Below are positions 16,250 to 30,186 of a DNA stretch of 64,000 bases, one piece after another. Where the stretch lies: assembly GCF_009914755.1 (NCBI RefSeq), contig NC_060938.1. One strand, given 5' to 3'. The notes below the pieces were generated by a model, which did no database searches, was not told where the DNA came from, and saw only the letters and a program-made list of their open reading frames with translations. The stretch is from the human T2T-CHM13v2.0 reference genome, Homo sapiens. Position numbers and translations under genes: made by a program. Each line of letters begins with the position of its first letter. The first letter of the stretch is position 1.

Positions 16250-16865
16250 TCCTTTGGATTTCTAATCATCTCTTTCCTTTCTGGAATGCCCTTCTTCCTT
16301 CTCTTCATATTTCAATAAATGTTTACTAAATAAAGAACAATGAATGGCCAAATCGTATAGTTCCTCCAAGTGTCATTTCTTTCATAAAGCATTCTCTGAA
16401 TACTTTAGGCCACGTAAAACTCTCCCATCTGTGTGCAAAGATAATACATGTTATATAATTTTGCAATCTGGGACTTGTAAACCCACTGGTATATTTTTCT
16501 TATTATCCCAAAGAAGCAATGCTGTGTTTAATTTTTCCTGGTGTCCCTCAAACTGTGCACGAAGCCCAATCTATGGGCACAGAGGACCTGGAATGCTCTT
16601 CCCCCGATGTGCGTAGGGCTCTGTAGTTCACTTCCTTCAGATGCTTGCTCCATTGTCAACTTATCAGAGAGGACTTTGCTGACCCCTCATCCCTCTACTT
16701 TCTTACCGTACTGTATTCTACTCTAGAACACTTTTCATACCACCTGATTTATTTTTTATATACGATGTCTTTTACCCTTCTACAATGAGACAGCGAATTC
16801 CAACACGGTAGGGGCAGTGACTAGCATATAGTAGGAATTCAGTAAATGTTTATTGGGTGAATCAC
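16250..16865 (+). mobile_element. L2 fragments
   Basis: 'cctggaatgctcttcccc' and the 3' end 'atatagtaggaattcagtaaatgtttattgggtgaat'. Confidence 0.55.
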
Positions 16866-17400
16866 TGAATATAAGGAAATGCCTAAATCTTTCTATTGCC
16901 ATCAGTTGACTAAGTAGTCTGAACACAGGTCATTAAAATGGTAGCTCCTAACATTTCAAATACTATCTCTGAATTTGATCAAGACTCAGAATTTCAACTC
17001 CAGTAGCCCCTTTATTAGGTTTTAGAAGTCAATGACTCATTACGAAACCACTTAGGTTAAAAAAAGAAGTCTTTTTCTTTCATTTGGTTACAAGGAAGTA
17101 TTGAAAGTTGAGATGAGAAGAATAAATTATGGAATGCAGCTCCCTGTCTAATATTTGCATTATTATGTTTCAGACATACATTGCTTAATACAATGTTAAG
17201 CAATAACAAATCAACGGTGGAGTGAACTAACTTAAAAAATGGTATTTAACCAAAAAAAATCTGTATTAATATTATATTCTTTATTCTATTTCCACAAATG
17301 AGATTCAAATTCATTTTACTTTCAAATAACTAAAATGTTTGATTGTGAAGCTATTATACAAAAATAATTCAGATAATCCTCATTCTAGCAGATACATACA

Positions 17401-17490
17401 AGATGTAGCTCAGAAGCTGAGTTCAGACAAAACAATTTTATGCAAAGGCTAACAAACATATGGGATAAGTTACCAAAAGAGAATTGCTGA
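17401..17490 (+). mobile_element. CR1/L3-family LINE relic (C-terminus of ORF2)
   Basis: Frame from 17401 reads ...EFRQNNFMQRLTNIWDKLPKENC*, resembling the CR1 terminal motif F-x-x-R-x-x-N-x-W-N-x-L-P. Confidence 0.5.
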
Positions 17491-18549
17491 AACAAGAAAC
17501 ACCAATATGTTCTACTGAGAACAAGGCGGGTATTTACATATGATCCAAATGAGGGGTGTGGAAGAAGAGTAAAATAAAAATTTAAGACCACTGGAATTCT
17601 CCCCAGCAATGTGTGCCTGAAGTAAACTCATTGTCTTTACTATAATTAAAAGACAATAAAGTATTCTATGACCTTCTTAAATATGTTTATTGTTGACATT
17701 TGTTAGATCCCTTATAATGAAATCTGTGGACCACCCAAATCCTGTTATTCTAATATAATTTGTCTAAAATTAACACATTATTGAAAATCATATTCTTAGT
17801 TTGTACATCTTAGAAACAGCTGATTACCCTCTTTCTGTGATGACTAGTCTTTACCTTGTGGGGTAAAAAAGAGAAATTGAGGAGATAATTCAAACTTCCC
17901 CACTCCTTTGAGCAGAACTATAATCTTAAATGGAGCAACAGTTTGTTTTGATGAAGGAGTAAGAAGGTTGACTAGCAATTATTTCATGCTGTCAAATTTG
18001 AAGAACAAACAACCAAGTTAAACGCAGTCTCTCCAAAAACAAAGGCAAATAACACATAATCAAATTCTTTCTTATAGAAAGTGACTTTTCCATGAACTGA
18101 GACCAAAGAAAGCACTCACTGAATGAAATTTATAGTAACCAGAATAACAAAGCATTGTCTCAAACTTTCATCCTCTGGAATATGGAAAAATTCTTATTAT
18201 TTTACTTTGAAAGAATATTCAGTAATGGAACTTATTGTAAATGTGAAAGATCTCTCTGTGATTAGTTAGTTCAGCTAGCTAGATCAAAACACAAATAAGT
18301 CTGAATCAGGTATATAGGACACACTCTCATCTTTCTTTTCTAGCACATAAAATATGTCATTAGTGATAGGTAGGACCAAACCAGAGATAAAGGGAAAACT
18401 ATTTTTTAATCCATCATCATTATTGCTAAAACAAACAAACAAAATAAAAAGTTCATGATCTATTAATAATGGGTGAATACTACTTCATTCAAATATTATT
18501 TTGACTGTCTCATTTTCTATTAATTCTTCAAGCTACTATAAAAGGGCTC

Positions 18550-19725
18550 TCATTTATTCTTAAAAGCACCATTTCCCTGCCAACTTCTGAGTCCAATGGA
18601 CATTTTAAATTGCTTCCTAACTTGACCTGTCTGCTACACAGAATACTATGAACCATATCCTCAATTTTTCTATTTTTTCCACAGCAACATCCTCTCCTTT
18701 TACCTCTCCAATACCTCATTTCTCTATATGCTTTTCTGGTTCTACTTCTTTTACCATCCCCTTCAATGTGAATCCTCTCCAGGGTTCTATCTAAAACTCT
18801 CTTCTTATTCTAGACTTAACCTCTAAACAACAACAAATATGAAAACGGCTCTGACAAGTACCCATATAAAAAGAACTCCCAAATTGGCCCTCCCAAAAGA
18901 AACCACCCTTTTGCTGATTTTACGATCAAAATTCCAATAGTTTATTAGAAAACTTGGCCCACATATCTTAAGGGTACTTCAAAAACAGCATCTAAATCTA
19001 AACTTGTTATTGTCTTCTATTTTCCCAGAGATTGAAGAGCATGAGTTTTGAAGCCAGATAAATATCCAGCTCTGTCACCACCTAGTTACACAGCTTTAAT
19101 TAATGCATTTACATTCCTTGAGAATTGCTTCCTAGCTACTTTGAAGGGCCATTATTATGAGAATTAAATTTGGTTATATAATGGCCCTTCACAAACATGT
19201 TCCCGAGTTTAGTTTTCTCTTTTTTGTAGACCCTCTCCGAGGACCTTACAGTCATTCCAGAAATTTCTACTTCTCTCTGCATCCATAACCAATAGTAACA
19301 CAATCTAAACCATTAACCATCTTCATATCTCCAGCATTTACCCCTTCTGTATAACTACTGCTCTCATTTTAGGTGGATGCCTCCTCATTCTCTAATGCAA
19401 CTGCCCATGTATATCCCTGCTTCTAACTGAATCTTTAAACCACTCCTCTGAAATAAAAAATACTGTGACTTCTTGATGTTCAAGGGCTAATGTTTTATGT
19501 TCTTAACATAGGGCCAGCGTGCCCTTTCCACTTGGCCTCCACCTGCCTTTTCAAGTTTTATCAAGTACCAGTTTCCCTGGTACCATATGCTACAGTCACC
19601 AACTACTGATGTTGTATGGCCTGTGCCCTATCAAAGGTGCAGAACCTGTCTTTGCGCCTTTTTCCTAGAATCGGATACAGTGCCTGGTAGAAAGTATGCA
19701 CAGAACAAATGCTTGTTGAATTAAA
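18550..19725 (+). mobile_element. L2 fragments interrupted by a MIR (~19030-19190)
   Basis: L2 'tccaatggacatttt' and 'cagtgcctggtag...aaatgcttgttgaat'. MIR 'aagagcatgagttttgaagccaga'. Confidence 0.55.
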
Positions 19726-19985
19726 AGTTTCTACGGCTTAATACTGATTTTTAAAGTATTTATGGCTGCTGAAAGAGTGCTTTCTGAGACCTAATGTGAA
19801 CGTAATATTAAAAGGTCAAAAAAGGATTTTTTTCTCCTTACTCAAGACTAATTATCCCAACAGTGAAAGAAAACTCTATTATAAGTAATTAAAATAGCCG
19901 TACCAGAACAGCTTAGTAATACAATTCAATTAAATTAAGCAATATATGTTAGGGACAGACAAAATATTATACAAAGAGAGAGAGA

Positions 19986-20278
<293 letters not shown>

Positions 20279-20547
20279 CTACAAACTGCTGTGATTCCAT
20301 CAGCCTACAGACATTTCAGCAGTAGTTACAGAGGGGACTGACAAGAAGCAGTTTGTCTGAAAGATGGAGGAGACACGTAGAAACACCTCATTCTAAGAAA
20401 AGAGGGGATCAAGTTTTGTCCAGTAATAAAGCTTTAGCAATAACAAAAATGAATAATTCTTAGTAGAACATGGGATGTGTAATTAGGATTCATTGCCAGT
20501 CCAGAGATAAAGGAGAGATATCAGTGACTTAAGAATGAGAGAGACAA

Positions 20548-20825
20548 GGCTGGTGCTATGGCTCTCACCTGAAACCCCAGACTTTGAGAGGCCAATGCAG
20601 GAAGACTGCTTGAGGCCAGGAGTTCAGGACCAGCCTAGGTAACATAGTGAGACCCTGCTTCTATAAAAAATAAAAAGGCTAGCCAGGCATAGGGGTGCAT
20701 GCTTGTGGTCCCAACTGTTTGGGAGGCTGAGGCAAGAGGACTGCTTGAGCCCAGAAAGTCAAGGTTGCAGTAAGCCTGGGCAACAGGTGAGACTCCATCT
20801 CTAAAACAAACAAACAAAGAAAAAG
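20548..20825 (+). mobile_element. AluJ with ~25-nt right-arm deletion
   Basis: 'ttgaggccaggagttc' and 'aacatagtgagaccc'. The join 'gcagtaagcctgggcaac' lacks the gatcgcgccactgcactcc segment. Confidence 0.9.
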
Positions 20826-20905
20826 AGAGAGAGAGAGATTTAAAATAAACTTGTAAGAAATGTTTCATTAAAAGAATTAAAAAGTTATTAGAAAACTTGA
20901 CCCCC

Positions 20906-21197
20906 TTTTTTTTTTTTTGAGACAGAGTCTTGCTCTGTCACCCAGGCTGGAATGCGGCGGCGCGACCTCAGCTCACTACAACCTCAGCCTCCCAGTTCAG
21001 GCAATTCTCCTGCCTCAGCCTCCCGAGTAGCTGGGACTACAGGCACGTGCCACCACGCCTGGCTAATTTTTTGTATTTTTAGTAGAAGCAGGGTTTCACC
21101 GTGTTAGCCAGGATGGTCTGGATCTCCTGACCTCGTGATCTGCCTGCCTCAGCCTCCCAAAGTGCTGGGATTACAGGCGTGAGCCACCGCGCCCGGC
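20906..21197 (-). mobile_element. AluSc8/AluSc-like, full length, antisense
   Basis: 'gtgttagccaggatggtctggatctcctgacctcgtgatc'. Short TSD tgaccc at 20898-20903 and 21198-21203. Confidence 0.92.
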
Positions 21198-21581
21198 TGA
21201 CCCACATATATTAAGGGTACCTCAAAAACAGCATCTAAATCTAAACTTGTTATCCACTATTATTTTCCCAAAGATCGAAGAGCATGAGTTCAAATCAATC
21301 CTCAATCTTTTTAAATCATCAGGAAAATCAAGTGGCAAAAAACAGTGCCTTAAAACCTAATTTAACTAGATAAACCCAAAGAATGCCATGTGGTTCCTTA
21401 AGTTTCTAATGCATCAGCAGTGGCACCAGTGAGGAGTACACAGCCCTGTGGGAGATGGTGGCCATGCCCATCAATAATGGAGGCCAGCGGCACCACAGCA
21501 GTCAGCAGGGACAGCTGGGAGGCCTCTGCAAATGTGGGGTGCAACACAACTAAGCAATGAGGCTTAAGAATTGTGGTGGCT

Positions 21582-21967
<386 letters not shown>

Positions 21968-21999
21968 TCAGATAGTTCAGCTCACACTAAGTAAAAACA

Positions 22000-22440
22000 G
22001 TGACTAGTGAACTCCCAAATTTCATGTCTATCTGGAATCTCAAAATGGGACTTTATTTGGAGATAGCGTGAGTCAAGGATTTGAAGATGAAATCAGCCTA
22101 GATGTAGGGTGAGTCCTAATACAGGACTGGTGTCCTCACATGAGAAAAGAGAGAGATTTAGACGCAAAGACACAGACATACAGAGAAGAAGGCCATGTGA
22201 AGACAAAGGAAGAGAATAGAGTGCTGCAGCTGCAAGCCAAGTAACGCTAAAGATTGCCAGCCACCACCAAAAGCTGAGACAAAGAAGCACTCTTCCCTAC
22301 AGCCTGCAGAGCAAGCATGGTCCTGCCAACACCTTGATTTCTGAGTTCTAGGCTCCAGAACTGTGAGAGAATAAATTTCTGTTGTTCTAAACCACTCCGT
22401 TTGTGGCGCTTTGTTATGGTAGCCCTGGGAAACTGACATA
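22000..22440 (+). mobile_element. MLT1B/C-like LTR
   Basis: 'ccagaactgtgagagaataaatttctgttgttctaaaccac...gtagccctgggaaactgacata'. Confidence 0.8.
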
Positions 22441-23696
22441 CGATGTTTCTTTGCTAATTAGGCACCTGTCATATGCACATTGGAGATAAACGTTTAGGAC
22501 TCCCCTAAAATACTTGCAGTGGCAGGAGAAAATACTGCTGAATAAGTAGGGCCTGCAAAAGCAAGGAAGGACACAAGCCAGTAAGACATGGGTGTTACAC
22601 TATCAGGAGAAATATATTCCACTGAGATTTGTCTGCATTTTTCTTCTAATACTTGTTTCTGTTATTTCAAAAAGAAGATAGTGTTGATTTTCTCAGAAAT
22701 TCCACTGATACAGAATAATGAGAAATCAAAACTCAAATATCAAAAAAGTGATTAGTAATAACCATCATTAATATTAGGCTTTTCTGTTAATATTCAATTC
22801 AATGCAACAACAAAATGCATATTAATATAACATTTTTCTTTTAAGGTAATAATTTAACTACTCTATATTTCTATAAAATTAAGTTCATTGGAAAGTAAAA
22901 GAATTTGAGTCATGACAACTGGCCTTAATGTTTAATGTGGATTAGTTAGATAATAAAGATACAAAAAAGGCACAATAGCATACACTGCTCATGTTATTTT
23001 AATGAAAAAGAACATATTCAACAATATGTTCTGAAATTACTAATTTGCATTTTCTAGGAAAATAATCCACTCTCATGGAACAAATGAATCATATCTCATT
23101 CAATAAAAATGAGAGAAAAATAGCACAGTTTTGAGGAAAGACTACAAACGTTGATAAATGAGACATACTTAATTCTATGTGACCTGGGCCAGATTATCAA
23201 AACATTCTGCATCCCAGATTTTTCATCAACAAGTTGAAAGGTCAAGTAGGTTCCTTTTGACTCTAACAAGTCATAACCACGTAAGCTAACTAAATATAAT
23301 ATATAATACTATTTTACCCACTATACAGTAAAACTGAAGAAATAGAAATATACTAAGGGTACATTGCCAAATGGTTTTACTTTTTAAAACAGTTTTCATT
23401 TCAAAACATAATCACATGTTTTCCATCCAATACATGTTACTGTTTATATTTGATGGAAATGTATTAAGGTATTATACCTGGTGTAGAAGAATGGCTCCTT
23501 TCTTCAAAAGGTTAATGTTCTAATAGGAGAAATCAGACTCAAAGTTAGCAGCATACATTAAGTCTAAGTGAATGGTAAAAATGAAGATAATTATTATATG
23601 GAGTAGGGAAGTATTACTACTTAATGTGTTATGACAATATTATATAAGATGCAGCATCTGAATAGGATACGTAAAATGGAAAGGAATTAAAATAAG

Positions 23697-24500
23697 CAAA
23701 AATCATGGCACCAAAAGCTGGTGAGGATGTGGAGCAAAAGGAACTCTCATTGACTGCTGGTAAAAATACAAGGTGATATAGGCATTTTGAAAGATAGTTT
23801 GTCAGTTTCTTACAAAATTAAACATATTTTTACCATACAATCCAGCAATCACACTCCTTGATATTTACCCAAATGAACTGAACATTTATGTCTACACAAA
23901 AATCTGCACATGAATGTTTACAGCAGCTTTATTCATAATTGCCCAAACTTGGAAGCAACCAAGGTGTCTTTCAGTAGGTGAGTGGATAAATACACTGTGG
24001 TAAATCCAGACAATGGAATATGATTCAGCACTAAAAGAATGAGCTATAAAGCCATGAAAAGACATAGAGAAAACTTAAGTGCATATTACTACGTGAAAGA
24101 AACTCATGTGAAAAAGATACATTGTATGATATGTAGAAAAGGCAAAAGTATGGAGACGGTAAAAAGATCAGTGGTTGCCAGGAGTTAGTGGGGAAGGAGG
24201 GATAAATAGGTAGAGCTCACAGGATTTTTAGGGCAGTGAAACTATTCTGTAGAATATTACAATGGTAAATGCTTCATTACATATCTGTCAAAACCTACAG
24301 AACGTAAAACGCCAAGAATGAACCCTAATGTAAACTATGAACTTTGGATGATGTGTCAATATAGGTTTATCGATTGTTACTAATGTACCACTTTGGTGGG
24401 GGATACTGATAATGGGAGAGGCTGTGCTTGTGTGAAGGGAACTCTCTGTACCTTTCACTTAATTTTATTATGAATGCTCTGAAAAATGAAGTCATTTTTT
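23697..24500 (+). mobile_element. L1MC1-like 3' end, inserted in an L2 remnant
   Basis: 'gatcagtggttgccagg...ggatttttagggcagtgaaactattctgta...gaaccctaatgtaaactatg'. Confidence 0.85.
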
Positions 24501-25135
24501 TTTTTTTGAAAAAGCAAAGCTTAGTGGAACAACTTGGGAGAAAATGTATGCTAGGGAAATACAAAGCTATAAACAAAAGCATGGAGTTAGAAAAGGATCA
24601 TAACTATTAAGGATTCAAGTGAAGGTCAGATTGGGCAAAACATGCAGTTCTGAATCAATAATATAATATATCTTTAATGAATAGTATGATAAATGATTTG
24701 CCTAAATCTGTATATACAACATGTATATGTACACAAACGTTATACATACTTACAAAATGAGATCATACTATACATTCAATACTACATACAATACATAACT
24801 TTTAAAAAATGTGAGTATCTACTCTTAGCATTAACTAATCCTTAATGTTATCGTTAAAAATGGATATACACAAATTTCCATTAAATATTTTCATGAATGT
24901 ATTCAACAAACTTACTGAGTATCTACTGTGTCCAGGGATGCTTTAGATGCACCATAAATTATTTAGCACTCTTATTCTCTACTATGGCCAATTATGTTAA
25001 TTTTACTTGATTATTATCATAAAACTGAAATGAACATTCAGATATATAAATCTTTCACACTTTAAAAAATGTGTTTTTCAAAGAGCAATTTTTTAGAAGT
25101 AGAATGCTAGGCCAAAAGGTGCTTTTATTTATAAG

Positions 25136-25137
<2 letters not shown>

Positions 25138-25183
<46 letters not shown>

Positions 25184-25256
25184 ATATATATGTGTGCATG
25201 TATATATATATATATATATATATACACACCCGTATAAATACACATACACACACACA

Positions 25257-25287
<31 letters not shown>
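25138..25287. repeat. Compound (TA)n/(TG)n/(CA)n microsatellite
   Basis: Direct reading of the sequence. Confidence 0.97.
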
Positions 25288-25739
25288 TGCATTCTAGAAA
25301 CACTGTATGGAATGCTTAAGAATGCTTATGTCGCCACCTCTTACAAACACAATATATTATCACCTTAAAAAATTCCTGTGCCTAAGTTTCTTGCAATCTG
25401 CTTTTTTTCTACCTTTTCACTCCATTTTGCTGTTTTGTTCACTCAGCTTGTTTTCTCTATAAGACTTTCTAATCTCATTCTCTAATCCCTCTCATCTGAG
25501 GCCTTGCATTCTGTTCAGTACTTCAAATAGTCTAATAATTTTTTTTCTCAGAACCTTACGTACATACATGGTTTTGAAAGCTGTGCTTTTCCTCTGAGTT
25601 TTCAGGTAACAGCTTCTTTCCCTGAACTCTAATATTTTTAAAATAGACTCTATATTGACTTTTTTTCCTTCTTTCTTGATGTTTAAATAAGGCAATGACT
25701 ATCAAGACTCAATAATCTAACTTTTGAGACCTACTGTTG

Positions 25740-25931
25740 CAATGGTCTCCAACAGGGGAGATTTGACAAGGTATGAAGACATTTCTGATTGTCACGACTG
25801 GGGAGGGGAGGTCGTCTGGTGAATAGCGACCAGGCATGTGGCTAAATAGCCTACAACGTGCAGTATAGCCCCACAAAAACAAGGAATTATACAGCTCAAA
25901 ATATCAATGGTGCTGAGGCTGAAAAACTGTG
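25740..25931 (+). mobile_element. MER20 (hAT-Charlie MITE)
   Basis: 'gacatttctgattgtcacgactggggag...aggaattatacagctcaaaatatcaatggtgctgaggctgaaaaact'. Confidence 0.85.
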
Positions 25932-27689
25932 TTAAAGGACTAGGTTAGTTGATATTCACTGCTTCACAGCGAATTCACAACACTTTGTCTGCATTAACAC
26001 AATGCAGTTCTACTGGGGGAGATATTATGCCTGATCACACTGCTTGGTTCTTAGACCCTATAAATAAGCAGAGTATATGGAAAATTATATTTCCCAACTT
26101 CTTATTTTCCAAACTTAATTCCAAGGTTCTTCTAGGCTTTACTGTAGATAATATAGCTTAAAATAAGCACATTGTCATAACCAGTTCACCCCTTTGGTCC
26201 TGATGAATTATTTTCTAGAAATTATTGCTTATAAATTGACAGAGAAATAAAGCTATCTCAAAAATCAGCAGCAACTTTGTGGAATGAAAGCTTACCAGTG
26301 TAATGTTTTTTTCAGAACTTGGGTCTCTGAGTCAGGAGAGCAGTTGGAGTTTAAGCAAAAGTATCTTTCTACCTCTTTTCTGGGGATCTTTGATTAATGA
26401 AGTAAACCCTGATTTGATTTTCCTCAATTCAGTTTCACCTGCCTTATGGAATATCTATCAAGTGGCTTGACAGATATTTTGGTAGAATATTGAGAAAGGC
26501 TTCATTAGTGGCTGCAACTAATCTACAATTACAAATCATAGCCTAAACTATGGTTTTCAGTTATCAGTAATAATGAATGCATTTAACTAAACTATAATTA
26601 ATATTATAACTAATATTACTAGCCCTCCTTTGGTATACTTCATTTCTTTATTAAATTAACTTCTACTCCAACCTTTCCCTAAAGGAGAACATAAGATGGG
26701 CAGATAAAAATAAAAATATACTAATAAAAAATAGCATTGATTTTAATTAATAAAGGAAGTCTGTAGAAGAATACCTACATATTTGTAAACTTCTGAAACT
26801 GTGAAGGATATAAGAGTGGTAAAAGTTCACCTGTTTATTCATTTTTTCATTCATTAATTCATTCATTCATCCAACTTTAAATTAATTAAACACCAGTTTA
26901 AAAAGCAAAGTGTACCAAACACTAATAAATCAGCATAAAATGGACACTATACTGCTTGCCTCTGTGACCTTATAATTTTTGTGGGGAAAAAAGGTAACAC
27001 CTAATTTCAGCAACTAGGGAACAATGTTAAAGTAAAATATAAGCAGGTTTACAGTAAGGTATAGATAGTATCAACTGGGTTTCCCTCACAGATTGGAACT
27101 TCTAAAAAAGAATTAAAAGAATTTGAGATCAAAGGTGCCGAGGTAATCTAACTGATGTAAGAAATTACAAAATACTGACCTTAATTATATTAACCGCAAC
27201 AAATAATGAGTAGAAAAGGTTAAGATTTATATAAACTTGTAGAAGAAGAGGCCTGGCAAGCAGGCAAGATGCTGCAGTTGTTTACTGAACATGAACAGGA
27301 GTGGGGAGAAGAAAATGTGGTGCGCTCCAAAAGCAAGCAAAAAGGACTGTGTTTCAAATTGGACCCTCCAATTTTATACCTTCGTCCTCTTCCCCACCCC
27401 TCCTTAACTTGTGGGTACACAAAGAAGTGCATGTGCTACATCTGTCTTCTGAGGTCGCTCACAATCTCACTTGTTAAAGAATGCCATATCTAGAAAGCAT
27501 GAAAAAATTAGTTACCTAAAAAATGAAACCTGAAAAAAATTGATACTAATGCAATGGAGAAAATTGCTTGGTGAAAAGAATGCTGAGTGAATAAAAGAGA
27601 AAAAAGAGATTAAAAAAAGGACAAAAAGCAGGAGTCCCTGGAACAGCATTAAGAAACATGATGCCAGAGCATGACATTCAGGTCACTTA

Positions 27690-27842
27690 CATGGGGATTA
27701 CTTGCAGGACTTGTTAAACAGCTGATTGATTCTATTGCACCACCTTGGAATAACAAACTCAGAATCTCTTAGGAATGGGGTAAAAAAAAGTCTGCATTTT
27801 AAGAAGTCCCCCAAATATTTTATTAACAGTTGGAAACCACTG
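27690..27842. mobile_element. MER5A-like hAT MITE
   Basis: 'actcagaatctct...gtctgcattttaagaagtccccc...gttggaaaccactg'. Confidence 0.6.
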
Positions 27843-27879
27843 GAATTGAGAATGGATCTAGTCCTGATGGAAAAGCAAT

Positions 27880-30186
27880 TTTCTGAGGCCTCTGTTCTGG
27901 TCCATTGATCTATATATCTGTTTTGGTACCAGTACCATGCTGTTTTGGTTACTGTAGCCTTATAGTATAGTTTGAAGTCAGGTAGCGTGGTGCCTCCAGC
28001 TTTGTTCTTTTCGCTTAGGATTGTCTCGGCTATGTGGGCTCCTTTATGATTCCATATGAAATTTGAAGTAGTTTTTTCTAATTCTGTGAAGAGAGTCAAT
28101 GGTAGCTGGATGGGGATAGCACTGAATCTATAAATTACTTTGGGCAGTATGGCCATTTTCATGATATTGATTCTTCCTATCCATGAGCATGGAATGTTTT
28201 TCCATTTGTTGGTGTCCTCTCTTATTTCCTTGAGCTGTGGTTTGTAGTTCTCCTTGAAGAGGTCCTTCACATCCCCTGTAAGTTGTATTCCTGGGTATTT
28301 TATTCTCTTTGTAGCAATTGTGAATGGGAGTTCACTCATGATCTGGCTCTCTGTTTGTCTATTATTGGTGTATAGGAATGCTTGTGCTTTTTGCAAATTG
28401 ATTTTGTATCCTGAGACTTTGCTGAAGTTGCTTATCAGCTTAAGGAAAGTTTGGGCTGAGACGATGGGGTTTTCTTAATATACAATCATGTCATCTGCAA
28501 ACAGAGACAAATTGACTTGCTTTCTTACTATTTGAATACCCTTTATTTCTTTCTCTTGCCGGATTACCCTGGCCAGAACTTCCAAAACTATGTTGAATAC
28601 AAGTGGTGAGAAGAGGGCATCCTTGTCTTGTGCCAATTTTCAAAGGAAATGCTTCCAGTTTTTGCCCATTCAGTACGATATTGGCTGCGGGTGTGTCATA
28701 AATAGCTCTTATTATTTTGAGACATGTTCCATCAATACCTAGTTTATTGAGAGTTTTTAGCATGAAGCTGTGCTGAATTTTATCAAAGGCCTTTTCTGCA
28801 TCTATTGAGGAAATTATGTGGATTTTGTCATTGGTTCTGTTTATGTGATGGATTACATTTATTGATTTGCATATATTGAATCAGCCTTTCATCCCAGGGA
28901 TGAAGCCTGCTTGATCATGGTGGATAAGCTTTTTGATGTGCTGCTGGATTTAGTTTGCCAGTATTTTATTTAGGATTTTCTCATAGATGTTCATCAGGGA
29001 TACTGGCCTGAAATTTTCTTTTTTTGTTGTGTCTCTGCCAGGTTTTGGTATCAGGATGATGCTGGCCTCATAAAATGAGTTAGGGAGGAGTCCTTCTTTT
29101 TCTATTGTTTGGAATAGTTTTACAAGGAATAGTACCAGCTCCTCTTTGTACCTCTGGTAGAATTCGGCTGTGAATCCACCTGGTCCTGGACTTTTTTTGG
29201 TTGGTAGGCTGTTAATTACTGCCTCAATTTGAGAATTTGTTATTGGTCTATTCAGGGATTCAACTTCTTCCTTTTAGAATTAGGAGGGTGTATATGTCCA
29301 GGAACTTTTCCATTTCTTCTAGATTTTCTAGTTTATTTGCATAGAAGTGTTTACAGTACTCTCTGATGGTAGTTTGTATTTCTGTGGGATCAGTGGTGAT
29401 ATCCCCTTTATCATTTTTTATTGCATCTATATGGTTCTTCTCTCTTTTCTTCTTTATTAATCTGGCTAGCAGTCTATCAATTTTGGTGATCTTTTCAAAA
29501 AACCAGCTCCTGGATTCACTGATTTTTTGAAGAGTTTTCCATGTCTCTATCTCCTTCAGTTCCACTCTGATCTTAGTTATTTCTTGTCTTCTGCTAGCTT
29601 TTGAATTTGTTTGCTCTTGTTTCTCTAGTTCTTTTAATTGTGATGTTAGGGTGTTGATTTTAGATCTTTCCAGCTTTCTCTTGTGGGCATTTAGTGCTAT
29701 AAATTTCCCTCTAAACACTGCTTTAGCTGTGTCCCAGAGATTCTGGTACATCATGTCTTTGTTCTCATTGGTTTCAAATAACTTAATTATTTCTGCCTTA
29801 ATTTAGTTATTTACCTAGTAGTCATTCAGGAGCAGGTTGTTCAGTTTCCATATAGTTGTGTTGTTTTGAGTGAGTTTCTTAATCCTGAGTTCTAATTTGA
29901 TTGTACTGTGGTATGAGACACTGTTTGTTATGATTTCCATTCTTTTGCATTGGCTGAGGAGTGTCTTACTTCCAATTATGTGGTCAGTTTTAGAATAGGT
30001 GCAGTGTGGTGCTGAAAAGAATGTATATTCTACTGATTTGGGGTGGAGAGTTCTGTAGATATCTATTAGGTCTGCTTGGTCCAGAGCTGAGTTCAAGTCC
30101 TGAATATCCCTGTTAATTTTCTGTCTTGTTGATCTAATATTGACAGTGGGGTGTTAAAGTCTCCCACTATTATGGTGTGGGAGCCT
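27880..30186 (-). mobile_element. Inverted 5' segment of an L1PA7-like insertion (ORF2 from within EN through RT)
   Basis: Minus-strand ORFs 27698-28396, 28491-28763, 29260-29754 and 29815-30096 are consecutive ORF2p pieces ([35 protein letters not shown]). Confidence 0.93.

Noticed and set aside
25055-25368. YI/HT/CV-repeat ORFs
   Set aside because: They are microsatellite translations.
27380-27510. Minus-strand 110-nt exon (ttctag|ATATGG...GAAG|gtataa)
   Set aside because: All frames contain stops, the donor is mediocre, and there is no other support.
27698-28396. Longest ORF (232 aa) as a functional protein
   Set aside because: It is an L1 ORF2 fragment in the inverted segment that runs on into flanking MER5-like DNA.
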